Shown piece after piece: positions 23,416 through 35,585 of a DNA stretch of 64,000 nucleotides. The notes under the pieces were generated by a model, which was not told the DNA's origin, made no database searches, and was given only the letters and a program-made list of their open reading frames with translations. The number at the start of each line of letters is the position of its first letter. The first letter of the stretch is position 1. Both the position numbers and the translations under genes were made by a program. This DNA comes from Octopus sinensis (Eukaryota), in assembly GCF_006345805.1 (NCBI RefSeq), contig NC_043012.1:36208001-36272000 (forward strand), read 5' to 3'.

Positions 23416-25407
23416 AATAAGGTTGCTTATTTCTACTTAAAATAAACCTTACCCTGTTTTCCCTGGTTGAGGACACATGACCATATTGTGGACAGCAAGT
23501 CCAGAAATATGTTCTATCCCTTATCCAAACCAACTTATGTCTAACAACGATGTTAAATAACACTTGAATTTTTTTTTCTGACAAAATTGTTGTTTTTATG
23601 CTCCAATCAGAATTCGTTTTGTTTAAGGTTGTCTCCTCTCTTTGTCTTTTTGTGACCCCCTCTCTCCCTCCACTTCCCATTTTACTACTGTATTGAGATG
23701 ACTAAAAGTAAGTGCTGGACTATGTCTGGCTTTGCATATCTACACCCTGTGACAGGTATATATTCTGCTTAAAATTATTTACTGTTACAATTCATACAGT
23801 TGAAAATAATGCATCTTCCACCCATGGTCATTCTGTCAGTTTATAATTCATCATCATCATCATCGTTTAACGTCTGTTTTCCATGCTGGCATGGGTTGGA
23901 CGGTTTGACTGGGGTCTGGGAAGCCAGTAGGCTGCGCCAGGCTCCAATCTGATCTGGCAGTGTTTCTACAGCTGGATGCCCTTCCTAACACCAGTCACTC
24001 TGAGAGTGTAGTGGGTGTTTTTTACATGCTACCAGCATGCTGGTGGCACTGGCATCAATCCCATTCGGATGGTGCTTTTTACAGCCTGAATATGCTAAAA
24101 TTTTTATATCGTTTTGTCATCATCACCATTGCCACCCTTTAACATCCCGTTTCCCATGCTGGCATGGGTTTTCAATCATTGGACTGTAGCCATGCTGGGG
24201 CACTGCTTTGAAAGGTTTAGTTGAACAAATCGACCCCAGTCCTATTTTTTTAACCCTAGCACTTGTTATATTAGTCTCTTTGGCTGAATTGCTAATTTAC
24301 AGGAATGTAAACAAACAAACACCAGTTGTCAGGCTGTGGTAGTGGTGGACAAACACATACACAAAGACACACCATTATATATGTGTGTGTGTGTGTGTAT
24401 TAAGAAAATATATATATAACGTTCACAAATAGGATGTTCTTTCTGTTTTTGTCTACTAGATCCACTCACAAAGGCTTTGGTCAGCCTGGGGCTATAGAAG
24501 ACACTTGCCTAAAATGCCACACAGTGAGACTGATCCTGAAAGCATGTGGTTAGGAAGCAAACTTCTTCCGACACAGCCACACCTGGCCAATATGTATTCA
24601 ATTTATAAAATTGAACATGGGCCTAGCTGTGTGGTTAAGATACTCACTTGGCAACCACATGGTTGCTGGTTCAATCCCGCTGCTCAATACTTTGGGGAAA
24701 ATATCTTCTAATATAGAGCTGGGCCAGCCAATGCCTTGTGAGTGAATTTGGTAAGCAGAAACTGTGGAACCTTGTTATATGTGTATGCGTAAGTATGTCT
24801 GTGTTCATCTCTCACCACTTGCTAACTGGTGTTGGTTTGTTTGCATCCGTCCCTGTAGCTTATTGGTTCAGTTGAGAGACATAAAACAAGTACCAAGCTT
24901 GAAAACCAGCTGTGGTGTCAATTTGATTTACTAAACCCTTCACTGCCCCAGCCTGGCCACAGTCATTACATATTATATATATTAATATATTTACTGGATG
25001 GTCATACCTGGAATGTCTATTGCAGCTTGTTAAAGCCCCCCCCCCAAAAAAAAAATGTAACACACACACACAAGTAGCTGCCTATAAATTGAAACTAAAT
25101 GGATTCCATCATTATTTCTGTCTTTTCCATTTCGGTTTCTTTCTGAACCAGTCCAGCACATCAGTGAAACAGGAAACCACCTCAATCTGTGTCTGACTAA
25201 ATACAGCAAAATGTTGCTGCTAATTGTTGGTAGGAAGTAATCTGGAAATTAAATTGTCTTTGGGAGCAATGAAATGCTTTTGCTTCTATGTAGACAGAAA
25301 TTTGTGCTCTAAATAGAGATTATGGACTCTCGTCTCAACACAGTTTCTGTCCAATAAAATTACACAAGAAACATTGGGTGGATTGATTTATTTATATATA
25401 TATGTAT

Positions 25408-25720
25408 ATCACCGTGATCACCGTGACCGACCAGGCTATCAGCTGTTGTTACACATCGCTGGTCAAAATGCGCTTCGCATTGTTTTAGCCTTCAAATGAC
25501 ACCACCCCGCTGGCTAAGCGAGCAGGCCAACAGTAGAAAGAGAGAGAAAGTTGTGGCGAAAGAGTACAGCAGGGATCGCCGCCACCACCCTGCCGGAGCG
25601 TCGTGGTGCTTTTTAGGTGTTTTCGCTCAATAAACACTCACAACGCCCGGTCTGGGAATCGAAACCGCGATCCTACGACCACGAGTCCGCTGCCCTAACC
25701 ACTGGGCCATTGCGCCTCCA
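25408..25720 (-). mobile_element. tRNA-derived SINE, family C (young-looking)
   Basis: Head GGAGGCGCAATGGCCCAGTGGTTAGGGCAGCGGACTCGTGGTCGTAGGATCGCGGTTTCGATTCCC; (TCACGGTGA)n tail; related decayed copy at 63085-63335(+). Confidence 0.85.
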
Positions 25721-26094
25721 CATATATGTATATATATATATATATATATATTATTATTGTTGTTGTTATTATTGAGTGTGAGAGCAGCGCACACCATCAA
25801 AGTGATGCTGGGATACAAATATACGAAGCCCGGTATGTCTGTCGTGACTACCAGTCTGATAAGGGTACACCAGGCACATGCGTCACAACCATACTTGCGT
25901 GACATGGTGATAAACAGTGCATGACCTTGCAGGTGAGGCCCAGTTAGAATTTTCTTCAGGTTAATTAGTCCATCTCACTCAGAAGGCCCCTGAGTAAGGA
26001 TTGAGGATGAATGAAACATCCATGTTTCCAGAGGTGATTTATTCAAACCCTGAAGAATTTTGGACATTATTATTAGTACTATTTTTATAAAAAA

Positions 26095-26310
26095 TTGGCG
26101 ACGAGTTGGCAGAACCATTTGCACGCAAGATGAAATGCTTAGCGGTATTTCACCCGTCACTACGTTCTGAATTCAAATTCCACTAAGGTTGACTTTACCT
26201 TTCATCCTTTCAGAGGTTGATAAATTAAGTACCAGTTGCATACTGGGGTCGATCTAATTGACTGCCCTCTCCCCTCCCCAAAAATTTCAGTCCTTGTGCC
26301 AATAGTAGAA
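26095..26310 (+). mobile_element. SINE family B (Nin/Deu-like central domain)
   Basis: GAAATGCTTAGCGGTATTTC...GACTTTACCTTTCATCCTTTC...AAGTACCAG...CTGGGGTCGAT, shared with 37635-37865. Confidence 0.85.
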
Positions 26311-27134
26311 TGGATTTTTTTTTTTTTTTTTTTTTGCTATGAAAATTCAAGATGATTTGTTTCACTTTAAGATTCTGAATTAAGAAAATAAAATCTTTTG
26401 AATTTGAGCAAGGAAAACATTAATTGAAAAACTATTAAAGTATACTGTCAGATCTTAAATGTCTGATGTTCAGAACAACAAAAGACAAACATTTTGTTTG
26501 TTTTTATTTGTAAAAAAAAAAAAAAGTTAACTTACATTTAAAAAAAAAGAACCTCTCCTAAATGGTAGCAAGACCATTTGTGCACATCACTGTGCAAGAC
26601 TCACCAGTGAAGGTCACTTCCAAATTTGCTTTTTATTTTGCAATACAGGAATTGTTTTAGAAAATTGCTATTTGTAAATCTCACAATGAGAGATATTCAG
26701 CAACAATACTTTGGAGTAAAGATTGTTTGCCAACATAACATGGCAGTCCTGGTTTAGGACGAATGTTGCTGTAATTTAGCCCCAGGAGGCATCGGCTCCA
26801 GCTAGCTATACGACACGATCTGTGTCCTTATATTGTTTTATATAGCTGTTCCAGTAATTCTGGCTCTATATTATACGTGTACATGTGTGTGCATAAAAAA
26901 CAAGAGTAGCAGTACCCGTGTACATATCAGCACTTTATATCCACATTTCCAAGTTGACATGGTTTTGTGGCCTGTTGCCCTTCTTGTCAACTATCCATTG
27001 CTTCTCTTCTTAATGTTATACACACACACACAGATACAATATACCTATTCTAACGGAACAGACATGGGTGTGTCTGTTCAATAAAGAACACTGAAATCGG
27101 TTTGAGATTTTTGATTAAAAAAAAAAGTACTGCC

Positions 27135-27575
27135 TGATTGGCACTGGGACGTTAAAAGCACATCCGAGCATGATTGTTGCCAGGGCCAACGGATTGGCTC
27201 CCATGCTGGTGGCACATAAAAAGCACCATTCGAGCGTGATAATTGCCAGCATCGCCTTACCAGGACATGTACCGGTGGCACGTGAAAAACAACATTCGAG
27301 CGTGATCATTGCCAGTGCTACCGGACTGGCTCCCATGCAGGTGGCATGTAAAAACACCTTTTCAGTGTGGTCGTTGCCAGAACCACCTGACTGGCCCTCG
27401 TGGTGGTGTCACGTAAAAGTATCCACTACACTCTCAGAGTGGTTGGCATTAAGAAGGGCAGCCAGCTGTAGAAATTTTGCCAGATCAGATTGAGCCTGGT
27501 GCTGCCTCTGGCTCACTCAGTCAAACCATCCAACCCATGCCAGCATGGAAAGCAGGCGTTAAACAACGATGATGC
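27135..27575 (+). mobile_element. RTE-associated 3' repeat with about 66-bp tandem units
   Basis: GGCAC-type unit starts at 27211, 27277, 27343, 27407, followed by the family 3' end and GAT tail. Similar arrays at 14420-14605(-) and 33595-33875(-). Confidence 0.85.
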
Positions 27576-27830
27576 AGTGGGACTGAACCTGGAACCATGT
27601 GGTTGGGAAGCCAACTTCTTATCACACAGCCACCCAATGCTTATCATTGAGAATAGTTTTGGAGTAACTCTTAATTTTGTTATGTTCTGGTGAGGACTGG
27701 GTCCATGTAAATAATACATTATAAAACTAGTTATATACATTAGATCACTCATGGATTGTCTCTACAACTCTGGTTGGTGAAAAGCCCTTTTTTTTCTTAA
27801 CCAGTGGATTTGAGATCTTCCATTGTTTAA

Positions 27831-28045
27831 CCCTTCAGCATTCAAATTACTCCATCAAATCTGACGCTTATTTATGCACATTGTTTTGAATTTATCATGC
27901 ATTATTGTTATTTCACAATGTCGATGATGGGATTGTTTACTTTCTCAGTGACATTCCAGTGTAGGTGCAAGAGGTTGTGTCTGGCTAGTCTTGAACATAA
28001 AACAGAATATTTTGGTCAGATGTAGTCAGTTTAAATGCTAAAGGG
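27831..28045. mobile_element. piggyBac-type MITE
   Basis: TTAA-CCCTTCAGCATT...AATGCTAAAGGG-TTAA. Related copies at 42495-42934, about 53085-53670 and 56500-56785. Confidence 0.85.
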
Positions 28046-31000
28046 TTAACCAAACCTCTTGACCATTACTGTCAATAACGATGCCCTAATTACATCTTGG
28101 GGACAAGACAAAAGCTCAAACTACCAATAGTTTTGTTCTTTTCCCTCATCTCTGTTCACCGCCATTGTTTATACTTTCATCAATATTAATGTACTGGTAA
28201 CCGTGATTACTTCAAAGATGGCAGACAGAATTTATTGATTAATGTTGATGTTTCTCTGCTTCTGTTATGTAAATACAGCTCTATAGTGTGTCTTTGTAGG
28301 TGTGTAGGTGGTAAAAGAAAAAAAAGTATTAAAGATAGATCATTCTGTTTAACAATATTAGCTGTTCCATGTTGCCAAAGATAATCTCTTTAGAATTAGT
28401 GATGCCATTCTTGAATTCTGTGTCATTTCTGGATCGTTTCTTTTCGGTTATTTTCTGAAACCCCTTCAGGTAGTAGGTATGACCCTGGAGACGGTGTTGT
28501 TGTCTATTAGAGAACTCTTTAGGATATTCTGACGATCCTTCCACATACTTTGAATGCTCGCTTTTATACTGTTACATTTTTTCCTTTTTAACTGAGGTTT
28601 TTGTTTATATTTGACCTCAAATGTTGGGAAGAAACCAGAGCTATTTAGGCTGTAAGAATCCAGCTTTTCCTCTCGCAACCACTTTCTAGAATAAGAAGCA
28701 TGGTGGAGGAGTGTTTGGTGTAAAAGGGTAGACTTGTAGCAATGTGGTTGCCATGTAAGCCATCACCTCTCATTGGTCAGTCAAGAATATATAGCACTTA
28801 TCTTTGGAAGGACTGTACCGTTATTAAACTATGCTTATGTTAAATGTAGTTTCTCAGGAAACAGGGTCAAGACGTTTTTTTGTATGGAGAAAGATTGATG
28901 CTCACCCCTTGTTCTGCAAAAAGCCATTCCAACTATTTCAAGAAATCTAAACATTGACACATTGTGAAGAGAAGATAGAATTGAGTGTTGCTTTGGTTTG
29001 GTTTGGGTGTAGAGGCAGCTTTGGTCTTAGTAGTATAGAGACCATGTGATCAGTAAACTGTAGTCACACAAGTTAGAATCTGTTGTGACATGTGACCATA
29101 GCACATGGCTCTAAAAGCTTTTGTATCACAATTTGTGAACAATAACTGTCACCTTGTCACCAACATCTTTATTTTCTTTCCAGCTGCTCCTATTCACTCC
29201 CACATTAATGCAAGGTAGCCATAAGTTTCAAGACATCCATGCTTACCCCTCTATCATACTTTGCGCCTCTTGATACCTAGTATAAAGCCACCTCTTCCTC
29301 TACTAATACTCAGTTGTAGGGACATCTTATTTGGTCCTGCGAGTACTTGGTGACCTCATAGGTGCTGGTGTTGCATAAAAGGCACTCAATACTCTTTAGG
29401 AAGGAAACCATGTCAAAGCAAATATTGAAGCTCAATACAGCCCCTTCCCTCCAGCTTGTTAGATTCTGTCAACCCACCCAACCCATGCCAGCAATAAAAG
29501 ACGGCCACTAAACCCTCAGCGTGACCCCCAGGAGGAACATAAGTCTTGTCACCAATGTTTTTGTCCCTGAAATCCTTGTCATCTTAAACTTACCTAAAAC
29601 CATCATGTGGACAACATGTCTGCAGGTTGTTTACTTACATGGAGAGCATTACCAGCATTTTTGTGTCTACTTTTCCATACTTTTGTGGGTTGGATAGGTT
29701 TGCTCAGTCATCACATGTTACAGTCCTTTATTACTCCTTCTATTAAAACCAGCATCCTGAGATCAGGAGCCTCATTCCTTCCATATAGCTCACTTTTGTA
29801 TTGCTGTCAAAATCTTCATGCAGTCCTTGAAATTGAAATATTGGCTTTTCATACAGCTATGGATTTTTGTGTGGTAAGTAGTTTGCTTACCAACCATATG
29901 GTTCCAGGTTCAGTCCCACTGCATGGCACCTTGGGCTGACAAAAGCCTTGTGAGTGGATTTGGTAAACGGAAACTGAAAGAAGCCTGTCATATATATATA
30001 TATATATGTGTGCGTGTGTGTCTGTGTTTGTTCCCCCAACATTGCTTGACAACTGACGCTGGTGTGTTTACGTCTCCATGACTTAGCAGTTCAGCTAAAG
30101 AGACTGATAGAATAAGTACTAGGCTTACAAAGAATAAGTCCTGGGGTTGATTTGTTCGACTAAAGGCGTTGCTCCAGCATGGCCGCATTCAAATGACTGA
30201 AATGCGTAAAAGAATAAAGAGAGTTTCTAACATCACTCCAGTGACCGTACCAAGCTGGCTGTGTCCTAGTAAGGTGAGGCAAGTTCATACCTGTTCAACA
30301 TCGAAAGGTCACTTGTTCACAGCACAAGTTCTTGGTGTGAGATCTTATGTTGATTAAATGTCGGTTGGCCTTGTGTTTGCTTATCTAGCAGTCAGTATCT
30401 TTGTTAGTTTAGTGTGTAGTAAAATAGAGTCCTGCCTGCGGCAGTGGCAGTAGTTAAACCAAAAGCAGTGCTGCTGCCACTACAAGAATGGATCACTGCA
30501 TCAATTTGGTTATTTTTAGTTTTCCCAATTGTTGAATGGCTAAAGCATCATCATTGACAAGTAGAGTCTCCATTGAGCTCTCTGATATGGTGAGGTCACA
30601 TAATCATCATCATCATCATCATCATTTAACAACCATCCAACCCATACTGGGCTGGGTTGGATGGTTTGACAGGATCTGACCGGTCCACAGACTGCATTGT
30701 GCTCCAGTATTTTGTTTGATATGGTTTTTACGACTGCATGCCCTTCTTAACACCAACCACTTTACTGTGTGTATTGAGTACTTTTATTTATTTATTTATT
30801 TTGGGGCACCTGCACTAGTGAGGTTGCCATGCAGCCTGCAAGATTAAGATTTCTTTTGACTGATTGGAGCTGCAGTAGAGAGGGTGGCAGCTTTATGTTT
30901 GGAGATTCAGGGTTAAAGTGGGAGAATAGGGAACAGAACGGGGCGGGGGGGTTCTGACTGTAGAAGAGCTGCATGGCTGTTTACATTATAGAAAAGAGGG

Positions 31001-32174
31001 TGGGAGTGGTTGGGATGGCGCTGGTAAGAGATATAGTGGTGGTGAGGTGTCAGGGTGGATGCTGAGGGTAGAATATGAGTAGAAGTGAGTGGGAACAGAA
31101 CAACAGGGAAGATGATGTTGGGGAGAGTAGGTGACAGCTGTAGAAATTCAGTGGGGTTGAGGGGTGGATAGAGGTGATCAGTGAGACATAGGAGATGGGA
31201 GGAGGTGGAGGAGACGAGATAACTTAGATTTCTGCTTCACGAAAAGAAAAAATCTAGATTATATAACATGGTGACTCTTACAGTTTTTCCTTGAACATAG
31301 TTAACAATGGCCCAAAAATAAACTTGTAGGTCAACAGCTGGTAAGGTCACTTTTACTTGATTCAATCTGGAAGATAGAAAAAAAGAAAGAAAGAAACCCT
31401 GGAAAGCAATCAAAGAAGAGATCAGTTGTAAGCTTAATCAGCTTAAAATTCTCCAATTGAGGAACATTTTACTAAGTATTCAGAAAAAATGTAATTATTG
31501 CGAAATGGCAATTATAAATATTAATTAAAGAAATACAAATGTAAATTTGTTTTTAAATTGTCACAAAAATATCCATAAAAACATTGGTTTATTAGTAATA
31601 CTATATATTATACTGTATTTTGAATCCCTTCATGACAAAATTTCTTTGAAATTTACTGCCTTTGTTTCAATAAATTTTGAAAATAATGAATTTAGTAAAA
31701 TAACTTTATTTATCTGGTGTTTGGAATATAAATTAATGAAATTTTGATGGAAGATCACTTTATAACAGGAATTTTGTATCATAGAATCAGGATAATCTTG
31801 GGTAGGTTGGTATTAAAAGGATTAATTCAAAATTCAGGCTTCAAAACCTACTGGATCTCCACACCTGATGTAAGGGGGCTTTTGTTATTAAATATAGCCA
31901 AAAGTGGAAGTTGTGGTGTTGCAGAGACTGAAAAATTATCATGAACAACATTAAGAACAGTCTAAAAATATGGTAATGGAGCAAACCATTGACTAGATGG
32001 ATGGGTGTGTGTGGAGGGTGGGTCTGCTCACAATTGGCACTTGTAGAAGTTTGGAATGAAGTGGAATGGTCCTGTGAAAAATTGATAAGAATAAGGCAGG
32101 AAATGAAAGTTGTGAAAACAAAGTAACCCAGGTGTGAAGTTTTGAAGAAATGAGAATTATTAATTTTTAATTGG

Positions 32175-32495
32175 AACCCTGTCAGTTATGATGACGAGTG
32201 TCCCATTTGATCCAATCAACAGAACAGCCTGCTCATGAAATTAACATGCAAGCGACTGAGCACTCCACAGACATGCATACCCTTAATGTAGTTCTGAAGG
32301 AGATTCAGCATGGCACAGAATGTGACAAGGCTGGCCCTTCTTAAATTACTGGTACAACTCATTTTTATCAACCGAGTGGACTGGAGCAATGTGAAATAAA
32401 GTGTCTTGCTTAAGGACACAACGCATGGCTGGGAATTGAACTCGTTGCTTTATGATCATGAGCCAAATACTTTAACCACTAAGCCGTGCACCCTA
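32175..32495 (-). mobile_element. tRNA-derived SINE, family D
   Basis: Minus: CGGCTTAGTGGTT...GAGTTCAATTCCC...GTGTCCTTAAGCAAGACACTTTATTTCACATTGCTCCAGTCCACTC. Confidence 0.8.
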
Positions 32496-32579
32496 ACCAA
32501 ATTATTAAAGTTGAGCTGGATCCAGCAGCAGGGTCTGGTTGTCTCCTGATAATTTCGTCAGATACAAAATGACTTCAGC

Positions 32580-32815
32580 TGAATCACTACAGACATTTTT
32601 CCAAAGCCGCTGTGGAATTGGTAGACTCTGGGATAAAATGAAATCCAAAGGAAAAGGTAGGAGACCTGTTAGGTAACCTGATAAATTACTTCAAGGTCCA
32701 TCAAATGGGTCTCTCCCATAGGGCTCTGCACCTGGCCCTCTTCTCTCCAGTCTTTGTAGATGATCTGTTTAACACCTGTACACATCTGCTGTATACTAAT
32801 GATGGCTAGTCATTT
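32580..32815 (+). mobile_element. highly decayed non-LTR reverse transcriptase fragment
   Basis: GSAPGPLLS.VFVDDLF....LLYTND resembles GVPQGSxLGPLLFxIxxNDL...LYADD. Confidence 0.45.
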
Positions 32816-33417
32816 GACCGGCCAAGAGGAACTAAATCTTGTGAAACTTTCTGAATAGCACGACAAAAAATTACCTTGGATCTTTTTTTTCCCCTTTGTT
32901 TATGAGTAATATGGCCTGCCTGATGATGGAGCATGCCTCATGTGGCCCACTTCTCGGAAATGGTTGGCCAAGCCTGTTTTAAGCTATCAAAGAACAATGG
33001 TTTTTATTATTGACAAATAGAAGTCTGTGAAATCTTGAACACAACTTTGAGATGCTGTTGCAGTTGCCTGTGAAATTGCAGCTGAAGAGATTGAGTGTGT
33101 AAATCATGGTCAAGTTGATCTTGGCATGACAAACCACCACTATATTTCAGGTAGCCATGCAGAGGGTTGGAATGTTAGGTTTATGAGTGGTGTGATGTAC
33201 TGCTTTCAGGATTCCTGTTGGCACCAAAATATAACAAAATTGAAGGAAGAGTCTCTGTTTATAGAGCACAACTCTGAAACGTCATGCAGTATACCTATCT
33301 GTCTTGGACAAGAGTATCATGGCAAACTCACCTAACCAAGTTCACGATGGAACTAAGGTTACCAAAGTCTCAACTCCATCAATAGCTTACATCACAGGAG
33401 AGAATGGGTTGCTGTAA

Positions 33418-33875
33418 TAACATCATCATCATCATCATCGTTTAACGTCCGTTTTCCATGCTAGCATGGGTTGGACGATTTTGACTGAAGGCTGGCGAAC
33501 CAGATGGCTGCACCAGGCTCCAATCTTGATCTGGCAGAGTTTCTACAGCTTGATGCCCTTCCTAATGCCAACCACTCCGACAGTGTAGTGGGTGCTTTTT
33601 ACATGCCACCAGCACAGGTGCCAGTAAGGCGACATTGGTAACGATCACGCTCGAATGGTGCCCTTTTACATGCCACTGGCATAGAAGCCAGTTGGCTATT
33701 CTGGCAATGATCATGCTCGGATGGTGCTCTTGGCACCCTACTAGCACGGGCACAAGTGCCAGTAAGCGACGCTTGTAACGATCACACTCAAATGGTGCCT
33801 TTTATGTTCCACTGGCACGGAAGCCGGTTAGCCGCTCTGTCAACAATCACGCTCGTATGGTGCTCTTTGCACCGT
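33418..33875 (-). mobile_element. RTE-associated 3' repeat with tandem units
   Basis: (CAT)n tail, CTACAGCTTGATGCCCTTCCTAATGCCAACCACTCC and repeated ACGATCACGCTCGAATGGTGC units. Other family members at about 19205-19470(-), 23848-24085(-), 39490-39685(+), 43890-44075(+), 52205-52480(-), 55195-55442(+), 60515-60670(-), 63335-63560(-). Confidence 0.9.
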
Positions 33876-34949
33876 ATTCTATAAAATGCACATGTAACCA
33901 CAGATCATCCGAGATCACAGTGATGTTCCCACTGGACATACAAGAACTGGTATTTTCACATCTGTACATTCCTCTAAATACTTGACACATTGAACCGGAG
34001 CTCACTGCATTTGACTGTCAACATTTGGAATAAACTTGGGAAAGATTCAATTGGAACCAACTCTTAACAATACAAAGTTTGAAATGTCTTATCCAAAAAA
34101 CACCACTTAATCACTTCCACCTGTGTAATGAACTGATGGTCCACCCATGGCACCTCTCCAAATATTCAGAAAAGAACATACCTGCAAATGACATGAACAC
34201 TCATTAACTCATCTTGTGCTTAAATTTAAAATCAGCTCTTGTGTAATTTCTCATAACTGACGTGTTCATAGCAGCAGGTATCAGCCCCAGCTACGGCACT
34301 AATGTTAGTCAAACTTCCATTAAATCTGTTGTCTTCCTCCTTGATTTCCGTTCTGAAGAAATGCTTGAAATATCTGTCCTTGAACTCTCCTTTCCAATAT
34401 TTGAACCTGGATCAATATTGTCTTTTTCTGTGCAAGAGAAGTTCTTAGGGTGGACTAATTCAAAAATATATATTGTCCCAATATGTTTTATAAAAGGCAG
34501 CCATCTCTCATTTTTTGTTTTCCTAGAGCCTGGTCTCAGCAGTTTTAGCCTTTTCTTTATCACTACAGAATGACCTGTAGAGGAAGCCACTTTCATTAAC
34601 AACTGTACTGGCAAATTATTATAACAATCATTACCGTCTGGTTAACAGTGACACTACACCTTCATATTACAGTTTATATTAAGTTCACATATTTTATTTT
34701 TCTCCTTATCCTGAGTAAACCAAGTTCAGTAATTATCCTGAATATTGAAAATATATGAATGGATGCACAATTTACTGTTGCAAGCTTATTGCTGCTTAAA
34801 CTACTCTCTCACATAGTTCTAAGCTGCTTCTGCATGCAATTTTGCAGCTTACAATCTGTGTTCCACATCTTCCTTCTTTGCAGCATTGCAGCTTCTGCAA
34901 GCCATTTTTCATCTTTCAGTTTACAAACCATGCAGTTTTGTTATACATT

Positions 34950-35585
34950 CTTTGGCCTCAAAGAGGCAATGACAAAAGACCGAGAGCTCTGGAGGTATGC
35001 TGTGACTGAGAAGACCTGGCAAATAAAGTGAGTTCACAGCTGTAACCTACACCAGTGTCACATAACCAGCCAACTCAAAAGTACCTTGGATTGTAGGGCG
35101 ACATGCCATGCTTGAGGAAACCTATTGAGTCAAGTACATCAACATCAGGAATATCAAAATCAAATCAAATGGAAATTGTAGTTGTGAACCCCATGCTGGG
35201 AGCACGTAAATCATGGTTGATGCCAGCTCCTCTGGCCCCTCTGTATTGCTTGCAGAAAGTGTTGGTTGGGGGGTAGGCTGATGAGGGAAGGAGGGGGGAT
35301 TTGTTCTACACCCAGCAACAGCATGTGGTTGACAATACCATAAGTCAGTAATACTTGGGTACACAATCATGGTTGATGCCAGCTCCTCTGGCCCCTCTAC
35401 CGGTGGCACATAAAAAGCATCCACTACACTCTGAGTGGTTGGTGCTAGGAAGGGCATCCAGCTGTAGAAACACTGTCAGATCAGATTGGGGTCTAGTGCA
35501 GCCTCCTGCCTTCCCAGACCCCAGTCGAACTGTCCAACCCATGCTGCCATGGAAAGTGGACGTTAAACAATGATGATGATGATGA
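34950..35585 (+). mobile_element. RTE LINE 3' end (last codons, 3' UTR, GAT tail)
   Basis: GLKEAMTKDRELWRYAVTEKTWQIK* is an RTE-type C-terminus and is followed by the abundant AGGAAGGGCATCCAGCTGTAG repeat, linking that repeat family to an RTE. Confidence 0.8.

Noticed and set aside
27140-27420. CRISPR-like repeat-spacer array (also 33595-33875)
   Set aside because: The spacers are homologous to each other, the units are part of a retroelement 3' region, the context is eukaryotic and there are no cas genes.
34309-34614. 101-aa minus ORF with faint resemblance to ribosomal protein L33 (SSTGH..KKR)
   Set aside because: Non-ATG start, the rest of the L33 pattern is absent, and the ORF crosses a likely splice acceptor.
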